Assembly (NCBI GenBank): GCA_963681965.1
Contig: OY820579.1
Location: 1,920,001 to 1,984,000, forward strand
DNA length: 64,000 nt
Direction: 5' to 3'
Source of the DNA: a bacterium
GTDB taxonomy: Bacteria; Electryoneota; JAOADG01
In this document: piece after piece, positions 48,001 to 57,122 of the stretch
How the letters are laid out: every line of letters begins with the position of its first letter
Position numbering within the stretch: the stretch's first letter is position 1
Position numbers and translations under genes: made by a program
Notes under the pieces: model-generated
Database searches by the model: none
The model's input: the letters and a program-made list of their open reading frames with translations, nothing else
Told to the model about the DNA's origin: nothing

Positions 48001-49576
48001 GAGCCCGACCGATGTATTCCCGCACGCACAGCTTCGATTCATTACCGAAGACTGGGCAGGAAATATTGATACGTCCTATGTCGATTTCGCAATTGTCCCG
48101 GATGATTTCAACTTCACCGGCGATTATGCCGCAGGTTGGCATCTGATTTCGTTCCCGCTTACTCCCGATGATCCTGCTACACCGTTCTTGACGCATACCG
48201 GCAACGACAGTGGTATTGCAGGCAGCTATGGGATGTTCCAGTATACGTTAGCTGGTGGTTATACCGTACCGTCCTCGGTTGCCATTGCGAAGGGTTACTG
48301 GCTAGTATTGGATGATGACAATACTGCAGCAGCGAATAATTCCGGTCTGGGTCGAGTTGGTGGTACAATTCCTGGAGCTACCGAAGATGTAGATCTAGCA
48401 CTCGATCTCGCGTCACAGAATCTGATCGGTGTCGCAGTTCGAGATGACGATCTGGGTGGAAATCACCTGCAAGCCGACGACTGGGTGTTCTCGAATGATA
48501 GCTGGACCAACACCTATACGTGGACTGAAGTCACGACAACTGCTGACAAGAATGGCGACGGCACAATTTGGATCGATCCGACTTCGTTAGTCACGTATGA
48601 CAATTCGGCGGGTGATTTTACGACCACAATTGCCGACAATGCTGCATTAGTTCCCGGTAAAGGTTACTTATTAACCACTTCCGGAACTTATTCCGGAACG
48701 TTGGAAATGAGAACACAACGTACTACTGCCGCCGTCGATATCGTTCATCCACGACATCGCGACGATGGTAATGCTATTGTGAAGGGTCACAATAACACGA
48801 TTAACTCTGTCAATGAATTTACTGGCGACTGGTTTGTGCCGATTCATATGGCAATGGGTTCGTTGTCGAACAATCTGTCCGGTTTTGGTTGCCGGAATGG
48901 CGCAACCGTTGGTTGGGATAACGGTATCGATGTCACGGCACCGCCACTTCCGCCATCGGGTAACTATGTTCGTGCAGTTATCGATGGTTCAACTTGGAAT
49001 TCGCCGTTCGGTCGATATTTCGTAACCGATATCCGAAATCCATTTGCTGGAACCAGCCGAACCGGTTCATGGGACTTCCGGGTCAATGCATCGCAGGAAG
49101 GTCAAGTATCGATGACGTTTGATCTATCGAACTTGGCGCAATACGATGTACCAGCAACATTCAGTATCATTGCAACGATTAACGGTCAAACGTTCGACCT
49201 CGCGCAATCCAATACAATTACGTTCCCCTATACTAGTGGTATTGTGATTGTACACGTTGTCGCGTCGTTGGATGGTGCCAGTGTACCAGCGCAGAATCTC
49301 TTGTTGCCGAAGGATTTCTCGATTGTAAATGCGTATCCGAATCCATTCAACCCCGAAACTTCGATCCGCATCGGCTTGCCGAACGTTTCGAAACTTCAGG
49401 TTGTGATTTACAATTCGCTTGGTAAGGAAGTTACGCGATTGGCAGACGGAACCTATCCGGCTGGCTATCACAACTTCACATTCGACGGTCACAGTCTGTC
49501 GAGCGGTGTGTACTTCATTCGCGCCGTGTCGCCAGGACATCAGAATCAAATCAAGCGAGTGGTTCTGGTTAAGTAA
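45068..49576 (+). CDS. Giant acidic secreted protein with tandem FN3-like repeats and T9SS type A-like C-terminal domain
   Basis: GGAGG RBS then ATG 45068; signal peptide VAQA/D; propeller-like N-terminus; AYPNPFNPET..YNSLGKEV..LSSGVYF..KRVVLVK. Confidence 0.85.
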   Translation: MQKFVRKSIVTLVLTIIAFAVGVAQADNRVYPTTATNWPRVHGASGTKQNAVFGYKVGANAYNFLGQSVISAQRSGAFMALVPTTGVTTATTFTDGSTYNFDEYSGLVLANGNYAVFGEILFTTASTRASMFIRTSAGAAVGGYHNVGSAGTVSRFNKAIQLTGGTYDGKVVAVGYSAATGSAGAGDMLFVRLTPASTVTIDQTSYIGTTNEEEAYAVCQVGTDTVAIAGRQKVGTNNSFYVKLVKVSDGTVISSFTLSGAAGTGDNDCIRDMFVDGDGNLVLVGTSGTGTGRVGYLAKLNPATGALISGYEFTTSETDVELMDADVAANGHIVVTGRQGNDMYLAEIQDNGHAYVSDWAHSYDNASKTGEIGNFVKIESDSTILVAGVANDAGASTDASFWLLSAPALQSNAGPTAFDLLTPTDVDTVTILLPTLTWASSTDAILGYTISYELTWADNSGFTSPTVVSDLADTTYTFATPLTNSGVYYWKVKALDGNDNETECTQGTAGWSFTAYVAPPTAFNLTAPADADSVGLFPTLDWEAATGAGISYELTWADNSGFTSPTVVSNLDTNSYTFETALTNNQVYYWKVKAVDTLTSETNCTQAPDGWSFTAYVAGPSAFNLTSPSDGGSVSTTPTLDWEEATGAGVVYELTWADNALFTGATVVSDLDTNSYTFTGGLSNDHDYYWKVKAIDSLTSETNCTQAPDGWHFLTPITPPAPMNVRLNSTVASTPAYYDNANYAGFDSLAVDSYDALDVPQPPVLGNNYIQTFFFESGFTGFRQKLNSDYRLSVGKNFTTTSYLYKIRTLTDQTATVTYTFDVSTNNTETLPVVFWDGTDYQNLLGATDADNTYTYSATGTTGSPETKNFAILIGDKTAPAVTHITPAASGLTEISRSSSTTLEIAVDNTSPVRRTTIAFSPVQDSTSHVANDPRENFTDLNNMPVAPATPDDPTNGLVNPHLTYDWIPATDDPAIFVSPTDVFPHAQLRFITEDWAGNIDTSYVDFAIVPDDFNFTGDYAAGWHLISFPLTPDDPATPFLTHTGNDSGIAGSYGMFQYTLAGGYTVPSSVAIAKGYWLVLDDDNTAAANNSGLGRVGGTIPGATEDVDLALDLASQNLIGVAVRDDDLGGNHLQADDWVFSNDSWTNTYTWTEVTTTADKNGDGTIWIDPTSLVTYDNSAGDFTTTIADNAALVPGKGYLLTTSGTYSGTLEMRTQRTTAAVDIVHPRHRDDGNAIVKGHNNTINSVNEFTGDWFVPIHMAMGSLSNNLSGFGCRNGATVGWDNGIDVTAPPLPPSGNYVRAVIDGSTWNSPFGRYFVTDIRNPFAGTSRTGSWDFRVNASQEGQVSMTFDLSNLAQYDVPATFSIIATINGQTFDLAQSNTITFPYTSGIVIVHVVASLDGASVPAQNLLLPKDFSIVNAYPNPFNPETSIRIGLPNVSKLQVVIYNSLGKEVTRLADGTYPAGYHNFTFDGHSLSSGVYFIRAVSPGHQNQIKRVVLVK
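46306..47212 (+). repeat. Three tandem repeats of about 100 aa (about 300 bp)
   Basis: P.AF.L..P.D..PTL.W..YELTWADN..FT..TVVS.L..YTF..YYWKVKA.D..ET.CTQ..GW repeated three times. Confidence 0.9.
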
Positions 49577-49600
49577 GTAATCCGAAATAATTGCTGGAAG

Positions 49601-49636
49601 CCTCTTCGGGTAGAAATGCCCGAAGAGGTTTTTTTT
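49601..49636 (+). terminator. Intrinsic terminator
   Basis: CCTCTTCGGG/CCCGAAGAGG stem followed by 8 T. Confidence 0.9.
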
Positions 49637-49799
49637 AGACCTCAGCCTACACGCTAAAGTCGAAAAATGGTTCGAAACGATACATTTTTATTCCATGGGA
49701 TTATTTCTAACTCTGGTTACAATCTACTTGACTACGCGCGCTTTTCTTACTAACATTTCACATTCGTTTCACAACCTATTCCCCGGAGGTGGATTCCCC

Positions 49800-51107
49800 T
49801 TGAATAAAAGATCCCAACCCACCCATTATCTCTTACTGCTCGTTGCGATTATTGGATTCGCATATCCTTTAATAAGTAGTGCTTCTCCTGCGCAACCCGA
49901 TCCGAAGTCCTTGGCTAATACGCTAAAAGAATTGCAGAATGCCGTTTCTGGTGCTGTTCAGACCGACGCATCGGACAGTCTCCGAGTGCGCTTATCGCAA
50001 CTGCAGGCACCCATGAATGTCACAGCCGAAGATGTTCCGAACGATGGCGGTAAAGCGATTAAAGTCAAGTGGCAATACCCGGAAGTTCCGTTCGAACTCC
50101 CAACCGAACTCCAAATTTTCCGGTTGTCCGATCGTAATCAACAGGGCGATTTGATCGGAAAAGTCGGTCCGTTGGTTCACGAAGCAGTTGATAATAGCGT
50201 CGAGAATGGTGTTCCAACGAGCTACCGGGTTCAAGCTCTTTTCAAAGATGGTGCAGTCGTTGCAAGTGGTCCATCGACACCGGCGATCGCGGTGGTTTCC
50301 TACTTCAACTGGAACCGATTAAATCAACTCGTCATTTCGATCATTCTGATCGGAGCCGTGCTGGTTTACATCTTTTTGGCTTCGCGTGGCGTGCACATGA
50401 AGATTCGCAAGATCTCCGGTATCGAAGCGATCGAAGAGGCTGTCGGTCGTTCGACCGAAATGGGCAAACCAATTCTTTATGTCCCCGGTACGCAGGATAT
50501 GGACAATGTCCAGACGATTGCCGGAATCAATATTCTCGGTTCCGTTGCCAAAATGGCAGCGAAATACGAGACCCGCCTCGATGTGCCGGTTGCACGCTCG
50601 ATCGCCATGTCGACCGGTCGCGAAACCGTGCATGAAGCGTATCTAACCGCCGGACGCCCCGATCTGTATCACGACGATATCGTTCACTATATCACCGACG
50701 AACAATTCGGATTTGTGGCTGCAATCGACGGTATTATGGTTCGCGATAAACCTGCGGCATGTATCTACATGGGTGCGTTTTATGCCGAATCACTGATTCT
50801 AGCCGAGACCGGCAACAGTATCGGTGCTATTCAAATTGCCGGAACAGCCATGCCCACGCAACTCCCGTTTTTCGTTGCGGCTTGCGACTATACTCTGATC
50901 GGTGAGGAACTCTTTGCCGCCAGTGCATACTTAAGTGGCGATCAGCGCGAGATTGGGTCGCTCAAAGGGCAGGATTTCGGTAAAGCCGTCGCAATGGGAC
51001 TCATTATGGTCACATCCTTACTCTGGACAGTGTATAATGTGACTCAGAGCGGTGCGATGGAAAAAGCGTATAAGTTCTTTTTCGATATGACTTCATCAAC
51101 TTTCTAA
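49800..51107 (+). CDS. DUF6754-type membrane protein with N-terminal FN3-like domain
   Basis: GGAGG then TTG 49800; signal/TM; DVPNDGG FN3-like domain; IRKISGIEAIEEAVGRSTEMGKP, GAFYAESL, FFVAACDYTLIGEELFAASAYL. Confidence 0.8.
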   Translation: MNKRSQPTHYLLLLVAIIGFAYPLISSASPAQPDPKSLANTLKELQNAVSGAVQTDASDSLRVRLSQLQAPMNVTAEDVPNDGGKAIKVKWQYPEVPFELPTELQIFRLSDRNQQGDLIGKVGPLVHEAVDNSVENGVPTSYRVQALFKDGAVVASGPSTPAIAVVSYFNWNRLNQLVISIILIGAVLVYIFLASRGVHMKIRKISGIEAIEEAVGRSTEMGKPILYVPGTQDMDNVQTIAGINILGSVAKMAAKYETRLDVPVARSIAMSTGRETVHEAYLTAGRPDLYHDDIVHYITDEQFGFVAAIDGIMVRDKPAACIYMGAFYAESLILAETGNSIGAIQIAGTAMPTQLPFFVAACDYTLIGEELFAASAYLSGDQREIGSLKGQDFGKAVAMGLIMVTSLLWTVYNVTQSGAMEKAYKFFFDMTSSTF

Positions 51108-51121
51108 ATTGACCGGGAACT

Positions 51122-51871
51122 ATGCCAACTTACTTAATACTAATTCTGGTGGTTCTGATCGGTTCCGTTATTGCCGGTTTTCTGATACCGAGCTTACGGA
51201 AAGGGATACCACTATTTATCACACTGGTTACTGGCGTGCTACTCTTCCTGTCGTTGTTTATTCCGGCGCAACCATTTCCATCGCTGGAAGAGGAGATGTC
51301 GATCTGGTTCGATGTGATTGCCGTCTTCAGTTTTATTCTGGGCGGCGGCAACCTAATCCGTGTGCACTTGCGAAAGATCACCCGGCAGGATCGCGATTGG
51401 AAATTCTCCGCAGTTACTTTGGGTGGATTCTTTTTCATGCTGATCGTCGGTCTGTTCAAAATCGGTGCTTCCACCATGTCGGAGGATTACCTCGCGAATG
51501 GGACCGCTTTCAAATGGATGTATGATGCCGTCTTCACGCCACTCAGTGCGACAATTTTCTCGTTGCTTGCGTTCTTTGTTGCCTCGGCGGCTTTTCGTGC
51601 CTTTCGCGCCAAAACCCGCGAAGCTACAATCCTGCTGATTGCCGCGTTCATTATTCTGATCGGTAGAACGCCGATCGGCGTATTGATGACGGCATGGCTG
51701 CCGGACTCGCTGCAATTCCTCACAATCCCAAGTCTGAGTGGTTGGATCTTATTGGTACCGAATATGGCGGGGCAACGCGCAATTATGATTGGTGTCGCGC
51801 TCGGTATCATTTCAACTTCGATGAAAATGATTCTTGGGATTGAACGAAGTTGGTTGGGAGGAGATGAATAA
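51122..51871 (+). CDS. Uncharacterised polytopic membrane protein (operon gene 2)
   Basis: About 7 TM helices; PLSATIFSLLAFFVASAAFRAFRAKTREA, GQRAIMIG..ILGIER. Confidence 0.8.
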   Translation: MPTYLILILVVLIGSVIAGFLIPSLRKGIPLFITLVTGVLLFLSLFIPAQPFPSLEEEMSIWFDVIAVFSFILGGGNLIRVHLRKITRQDRDWKFSAVTLGGFFFMLIVGLFKIGASTMSEDYLANGTAFKWMYDAVFTPLSATIFSLLAFFVASAAFRAFRAKTREATILLIAAFIILIGRTPIGVLMTAWLPDSLQFLTIPSLSGWILLVPNMAGQRAIMIGVALGIISTSMKMILGIERSWLGGDE

Positions 51872-52734
51872 TGGCGAATTCCAACGACAGCTTCATGGAA
51901 AAACTTGGTCGCATCGATCGCCGCTGGATCTTCTTGGTGATCGCACTGGCAGTAGCATTGCCGATGTTTCTAGGATTCGATTTCAAAGCGGTTCCTTCAC
52001 CGATGGTCGAGAATCTGTATAAGAAAATCGAAGCACTCCCTGCCGGATCGCGAGTCTTGATCTCGTTCGATTACGGTCCATCGACCGTTCCCGAGAATCA
52101 ACCGATGGCAGATGCAATCGTTTGGCACCTGCTGAAAAAGAAATGCAAAGTCTATTTCATTGCAACTTGGCCGACCGGCGAGCGACAATCGCAACTGACG
52201 GTTGAAACGACAATTAAAAAGGGAATGCCGACAGCGGTCAACGGTGTCGATTATGTCGATCTCGGTTACAAAGCGGGTGGCTCGGGCTTGATCAATCTGC
52301 TCTTTTCCAATTTTAAACGGATGTATACCAACGATCGCAATCGCAACAATGTCGAGAACATTCCGATGATGAATGAAATCGAATCGCTGAAGAATTTCAA
52401 TATGATTCTTTCGATTTCATCGGGTGCACCGGGCTTGAAAGAGTGGATCCAATTTGCCGGTGATCGCGGCAAGATCCCCGTAGCAGGTGGTGTTACTGCC
52501 GTACAAGCAATGGAATTGTACCCCTACTATCCCCGACAGATGTTCGGATTGATGGCAGGGCTGCAGGGCGGAGCGGAGTACGAATCAATCGTAATCAGCA
52601 ATTATCCCGAATTCGAACCGCTACGTGCCGCGCTGAAAAAAATGGCACCGCAGACCATTGCACACTTGGCAATTATCACGCTGATCATTATCGGCAACAT
52701 TGCCTATTTCTCCACTCGAAAGCACAGGAGATAA
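51871..52734 (+). CDS. Uncharacterised membrane-anchored protein (operon gene 3)
   Basis: N- and C-terminal TM helices around an alpha/beta domain; DRRWIF, SFDYGPS..EN, GVDYVDLGY, YPYY..GL.GGAEYE. Confidence 0.8.
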   Translation: MANSNDSFMEKLGRIDRRWIFLVIALAVALPMFLGFDFKAVPSPMVENLYKKIEALPAGSRVLISFDYGPSTVPENQPMADAIVWHLLKKKCKVYFIATWPTGERQSQLTVETTIKKGMPTAVNGVDYVDLGYKAGGSGLINLLFSNFKRMYTNDRNRNNVENIPMMNEIESLKNFNMILSISSGAPGLKEWIQFAGDRGKIPVAGGVTAVQAMELYPYYPRQMFGLMAGLQGGAEYESIVISNYPEFEPLRAALKKMAPQTIAHLAIITLIIIGNIAYFSTRKHRR

Positions 52735-52735
52735 T

Positions 52736-53425
52736 GTGACTGAACTGACTTTATGGGATCATCTTGCATTGTGGGTCGGAGCCGCACTCACGTTGATGAT
52801 CTTCAGCTTTTTATACAAAGACAATCCGTTCTACAAATTTGCCGAGCACCTGTTTGTCGGTGTGAGTGCCGGATATGTCATGGTTACCGGTTTCTGGTCT
52901 ACCATGATCCCGAACGGAATCGGAAAAGTTTGGCCCGAGGCAGTGGTGTCGTTTGTTCCGCAAGCAGCTAATGCCGTACCGAATCTCTACTTTTTGATTC
53001 CAATTATTCTCGGGTTGATGATGTTGACCCGATTGTTCGGTGAGGTCGGATGGATCAGTCGCTGGCCGATGGCGCTCATTATCGGATTCTCGGCTGGTAC
53101 GAATCTGACCCGCTATCTTCAATCCGACTTCATGCAACAGGTTCACTCGTCGTCCTTGCCGTTTATTGCGATGGGGAGTGGTGGATTTTCGATTGGCGAT
53201 TCGTTCTCGAACACGATTCTAGTACTTGGTATTCTTGCAGCATTGATCTATTTCTTTTTCTCAGTCGAGCACAAAGGGGTCTTTTCTGGCGTCTCTCGTG
53301 GCGGTATCTGGGTACTGATGGTGACATTCGGAGCCGGTTTCGGATATACCGTCATGGCGCGTATTTCGCTCCTGATCGGGCGCTTTGAATTCCTCAAGCA
53401 GTGGCTCCAGTCATTCTTGAGTTAA
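52736..53425 (+). CDS. Uncharacterised polytopic membrane protein (operon gene 4)
   Basis: AGGAG then GTG 52736; SFLYKDNPFYKFAEHLFVG, YFFFS, MVTFGAGFGYTVMARISLLIGR. Confidence 0.8.
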   Translation: MTELTLWDHLALWVGAALTLMIFSFLYKDNPFYKFAEHLFVGVSAGYVMVTGFWSTMIPNGIGKVWPEAVVSFVPQAANAVPNLYFLIPIILGLMMLTRLFGEVGWISRWPMALIIGFSAGTNLTRYLQSDFMQQVHSSSLPFIAMGSGGFSIGDSFSNTILVLGILAALIYFFFSVEHKGVFSGVSRGGIWVLMVTFGAGFGYTVMARISLLIGRFEFLKQWLQSFLS

Positions 53426-53445
53426 ACTGAATTACAAGTTGAATG

Positions 53446-53476
53446 AAAAACGGGGCATCGTCGCCCCGTTTTTTTT
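53446..53476. terminator. Bidirectional intrinsic terminator
   Basis: AAAAACGGGGC/GCCCCGTTTTTTTT between convergent genes. Confidence 0.88.
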
Positions 53477-53537
53477 ACTGGTAATCGTTAAGTAGAAAAT
53501 TCTGATATCGTATCGCTTAAGATCGACGTGATTCTCG

Positions 53538-54158
53538 TCATCGAGCAAAAATATTGTTGCGATTCTTTTCCTGCCAATACAAGATTGATTCATACTGCTT
53601 TTGCACATTCGTGTCGTTGGGCGCTATTTCTTTTGCACGACGCGCCATTTCCACGGCACTGGTATAATCGAAACAGAGTCCATAGCAACGGGACATCTCG
53701 AGAATGAGGGGAATATTCTTAGGGTATCGATCGTAAGCTTTCAACAATATGATAACCGCAATTTTATTGTCTTTTTCATCCCAATCGCCGCGAGCCGTGT
53801 GCGCACGTGCTAAATTCAAGTAGGCATTCAGGCAGGTCGAATCGGTTTGGATCGCTTGTTCGAGAATATCGAATGCATCGTCGAATTTCCGGAAGATCAT
53901 ATACACTTTTCCGATTGCTGCCATCGCCTCGGCATTCTTCGGTTCTTTTGCCAATACTCCCTGATAAAGTTGAAGCGCATTCTGATATTCGAATTTACTG
54001 ATCAACTCATCGCCCTGCTTCATCCATTTATTTTGGGAAGTACCGGTCTGATTGCAGGAGAGTATCATAAAGAGCAGAATAGTCAGCAAGAATCCCAACA
54101 AAACAGTAAATGGCCGCGTCTGAAGAGTGCTGCTGATTTCATAATTACGTTTTATCAT
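53538..54158 (-). CDS. Tetratricopeptide-repeat lipoprotein
   Basis: ILSC lipobox; TPR-like helical repeats. Confidence 0.8.
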   Translation of the reverse strand: MIKRNYEISSTLQTRPFTVLLGFLLTILLFMILSCNQTGTSQNKWMKQGDELISKFEYQNALQLYQGVLAKEPKNAEAMAAIGKVYMIFRKFDDAFDILEQAIQTDSTCLNAYLNLARAHTARGDWDEKDNKIAVIILLKAYDRYPKNIPLILEMSRCYGLCFDYTSAVEMARRAKEIAPNDTNVQKQYESILYWQEKNRNNIFAR

Positions 54159-54285
54159 AAATCATCCCTGATATTTTTCGATTAATAATTATGAAAGAGG
54201 ATAAATCTGATTGTCGAATCATAATTATTTCGTATTAGAAACGCAAGTGCGATAATCCGATTTTGATTTTAACAATTCAAACACG

Positions 54286-54316
54286 AAAAAACGCTCGATT
54301 CAAGCTCGAGCGTTCT
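54286..54316 (-). terminator. Intrinsic terminator of fbp
   Basis: AACGCTCGA/TCGAGCGTT stem with T run on the minus strand. Confidence 0.75.
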
Positions 54317-54341
54317 TAGAAGATAAATTTCAATTAAGGAT

Positions 54342-55364
54342 TTATTTCCGATCATATTTCCGGATGAAATCGCGGTACTCGATCACATCTTCGCGACTAC
54401 CGACAATTAGCGGGACTCGCTGATGAAGCGATGTGGGAACGAGATCGAGAATTCCCGATCCAAAACCGTCGCAACTCAGACCGCCCGCTTGTTCGATCAG
54501 CCAGGCAATCGGTGCCGCTTCGTAAAGCAATCGGAGTTTACCGAACGGTTTCTTCGGATCCTTGCGATCGGCAGGATAGAGAAATATTCCGCCATACAGT
54601 AATGTCCGATGAATATCCGCGACCAGACTGCCAACATAACGGGAACTGTAAGGATGCTTCAAATCGGGATTGTCGGATTTGATGAAATCAATATATTTCT
54701 GTGTACCTTCCGTCCAGTAAGTATAGTTACCTTCGTTGCACGAGTAGATCTTGCCACGTTCCGGAATCTTCATATACGGGTGCGACAACAAAAATTCTCC
54801 GACTGCGGGATCCAATGTGAATCCGTGAACACCGTGCCCGGTCGTGTATACCAGCATCGTCGATGAACCATAGACAACATAACCGGCAGCGACTTGCTTG
54901 TTGCCGGGTTGCATACAATCGGCTTCGGTGCCGCGCTCGCCAGCCGAAATCTTGCGGTGAACCGAGAAGATCGTACCGACGGAAATATTCGCATCGATGT
55001 TGGAACTGCCGTCGAGTGGATCGAAATTGATGATGTAATTGCCGATTTTGTGTTGATCGGGAATCGGAATGATCTCTTCACTCTCTTCCGATGCCATCGC
55101 TGCAAGATGTCCACCGTGATCCAGCATTTTGATAAATGCTTCGTGAGCAATGACATCAAGCTTTTGCTGCCGTTCACCGTGAACATTCTCATACTCGGCA
55201 TGACCAATGATGTCTAGCAATCCTGCTTTATTCACCTGATACGAAACCACTTTTGCCGCGAGTGCGAGATCCTCGAGCAGATCGCTGAATTCTCCTGTCG
55301 CTTGAGGAAATTTACGCCCTTCTTCGGTAATGAAGCGGCTGATGGTCATCAATTTTCCGTGCAT
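54342..55364 (-). CDS. fbp: Fructose-1,6-bisphosphatase class 1
   Basis: SEE, FDPLDGSSNID.N..VGTIF, RYVGSLVADIHRTL, KLRLLYEA. Confidence 0.96.
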   Translation of the reverse strand: MHGKLMTISRFITEEGRKFPQATGEFSDLLEDLALAAKVVSYQVNKAGLLDIIGHAEYENVHGERQQKLDVIAHEAFIKMLDHGGHLAAMASEESEEIIPIPDQHKIGNYIINFDPLDGSSNIDANISVGTIFSVHRKISAGERGTEADCMQPGNKQVAAGYVVYGSSTMLVYTTGHGVHGFTLDPAVGEFLLSHPYMKIPERGKIYSCNEGNYTYWTEGTQKYIDFIKSDNPDLKHPYSSRYVGSLVADIHRTLLYGGIFLYPADRKDPKKPFGKLRLLYEAAPIAWLIEQAGGLSCDGFGSGILDLVPTSLHQRVPLIVGSREDVIEYRDFIRKYDRK

Positions 55365-55465
55365 CGGATCCTCTTTCGGATAGATTGTCTTGAATGAAGT
55401 TTGTTCTCTACAAAACAGGCGGACAAAAAGTCCGCCCTATTTATTAGGTTATCGTCCGACAAGTA

Positions 55466-56131
55466 CTACGAAGAAATCGCCTTCGCGAATAGTTCCTGAA
55501 CCGACCCGATTGCGGGCAGGTGAATATCGGCACCCGGTAAATCTTCGATTGCAAGCGTTGAGGTTACTGCCACGGTAAATGCACCCGCGGCTTTCGCGGC
55601 ACGAATCCCGAATGGTGCGTTCTCCACGACCCAGCATTTGTCAGCCGGAAGTTGTAAATCATCCATCGCTTTCAGATAGGGTGCTGGATCGGGCTTTCCC
55701 GGTAAATGTGCATCGCCGGTAACAATAGTATCAAACAGGGCTAAATCGTTTTTGGTTAAAGAATTTTGGACATTCACCAAAGCCGAACCGGTAACTAATG
55801 CGATCTTGATCGAGTGTGCCCGAAGAAATTCCAGTAACTGATGCGCGTCGGGAATTATTTTCGGAGGATTGTTCTGTTTGAAAATCGCCCGCTTGCGCGT
55901 CAATAAATCCTGCAACTGATCTTCCGGAATCTCCAGATTGGCGCGCTCACGTAAGAACCGCCGCATCGAATCGTCGGCACGTTCCCCTTCGCCCAATGCG
56001 ATATCGCGTAACGATACTTCTACGTTGAATTCGGACAGAATGATTTGCCAAGAATGAAAATGATGCTTGATCGAATCAATCAGAACGCCATCAAGATCGA
56101 ATAGGATTGCCTCCGGTACGAAATACTTCAC
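55466..56131 (-). CDS. HAD-family phosphatase (beta-phosphoglucomutase-like)
   Basis: FDLDGVLIDS, VTGS, GKPDPAPY, VENAPFG. Confidence 0.9.
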   Translation of the reverse strand: MKYFVPEAILFDLDGVLIDSIKHHFHSWQIILSEFNVEVSLRDIALGEGERADDSMRRFLRERANLEIPEDQLQDLLTRKRAIFKQNNPPKIIPDAHQLLEFLRAHSIKIALVTGSALVNVQNSLTKNDLALFDTIVTGDAHLPGKPDPAPYLKAMDDLQLPADKCWVVENAPFGIRAAKAAGAFTVAVTSTLAIEDLPGADIHLPAIGSVQELFAKAISS

Positions 56132-57087
56132 TACTTCTCCGTTTTCCGTTTACGTTTCAGTGCAGCGAAGTAATACGCCAGATTAGCCTTCTCCGAAATG
56201 ACCGGCTTGATCTTACCCGAAAGTGATGTTGCCAGCGTCGACACACCCGGACCGTGACCGGCGACAACGCTATTGGAATGAATCACGACACCGATTGTAA
56301 TTGATCCAGAATGCCAAATGCGACCATAGCTGTTGTCTACATCGGTCAGCGCGACGATATCGCCAAACCGCATCGAACCAAGATTGAATTCCTTTACGAC
56401 TTTATCATCGAACATCTGGATATCGTAATCGCCTTTATAGACGTTGTTATTGCCGAGTCCGCTACCCATGATCTTGCCGGGAACGAGATGCGTCACGGGA
56501 ACTATTAAATTGCCCGATTTATCGACTTTCCAATCCATCACACCGAGCAATTGCGGGTCAAGATTGAACATCTTCACTTCCGGCGCATCGAGTAATTCAA
56601 GACCCATTCCAAATGCATTCACTTGAAGCTTATCGCCGATGGTCAGTTTCTCCAGTGTCTTGACCGGAAAGTCCACCAATACGTGTTCGACGCCGCCATG
56701 ATGACCGGTAACCCGACCAATCTCGCCTTTCGCTTCACCACTTGCTACCCGCACGGGATTGCCGATGCAGGCAAGAAAATTCAGTCCGTTGTTGCCTGTC
56801 CCGGTGGTGTTCACATCCGGATATTGGATCGTCACGCCGGGTTCGATATGATCGCCGATCAAATCGATGCAATTGTCGCCGATTCGCTTGTTGTACACAA
56901 TACCACCGGTACCCGGCAGTGCGATCGCCATTCCGGTTTTCGCTTGAACACGGTAGGGAATGACACTGAATTTTGGTTGCGATACTTCTCCCAGAACCGA
57001 GATCGCGACCAATTTGTCGGCGTTGGTTCGCAATCCACCCAGCACAACACCTGTCGCTTTGGTGGCGGATTTACTGGCTTTCGGCAT
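56131..57087 (-). CDS. DUF4438-type protein
   Basis: LPGTGGIVYN, DHIEPGV, ACIGN, GHHGGVEHV, GSGLG, DYDI, AGHGPG. Confidence 0.8.
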   Translation of the reverse strand: MPKASKSATKATGVVLGGLRTNADKLVAISVLGEVSQPKFSVIPYRVQAKTGMAIALPGTGGIVYNKRIGDNCIDLIGDHIEPGVTIQYPDVNTTGTGNNGLNFLACIGNPVRVASGEAKGEIGRVTGHHGGVEHVLVDFPVKTLEKLTIGDKLQVNAFGMGLELLDAPEVKMFNLDPQLLGVMDWKVDKSGNLIVPVTHLVPGKIMGSGLGNNNVYKGDYDIQMFDDKVVKEFNLGSMRFGDIVALTDVDNSYGRIWHSGSITIGVVIHSNSVVAGHGPGVSTLATSLSGKIKPVISEKANLAYYFAALKRKRKTEK

Positions 57088-57122
57088 TGAATTCTCCTTA
57101 AAACAAATGTCTTGATATGTGA

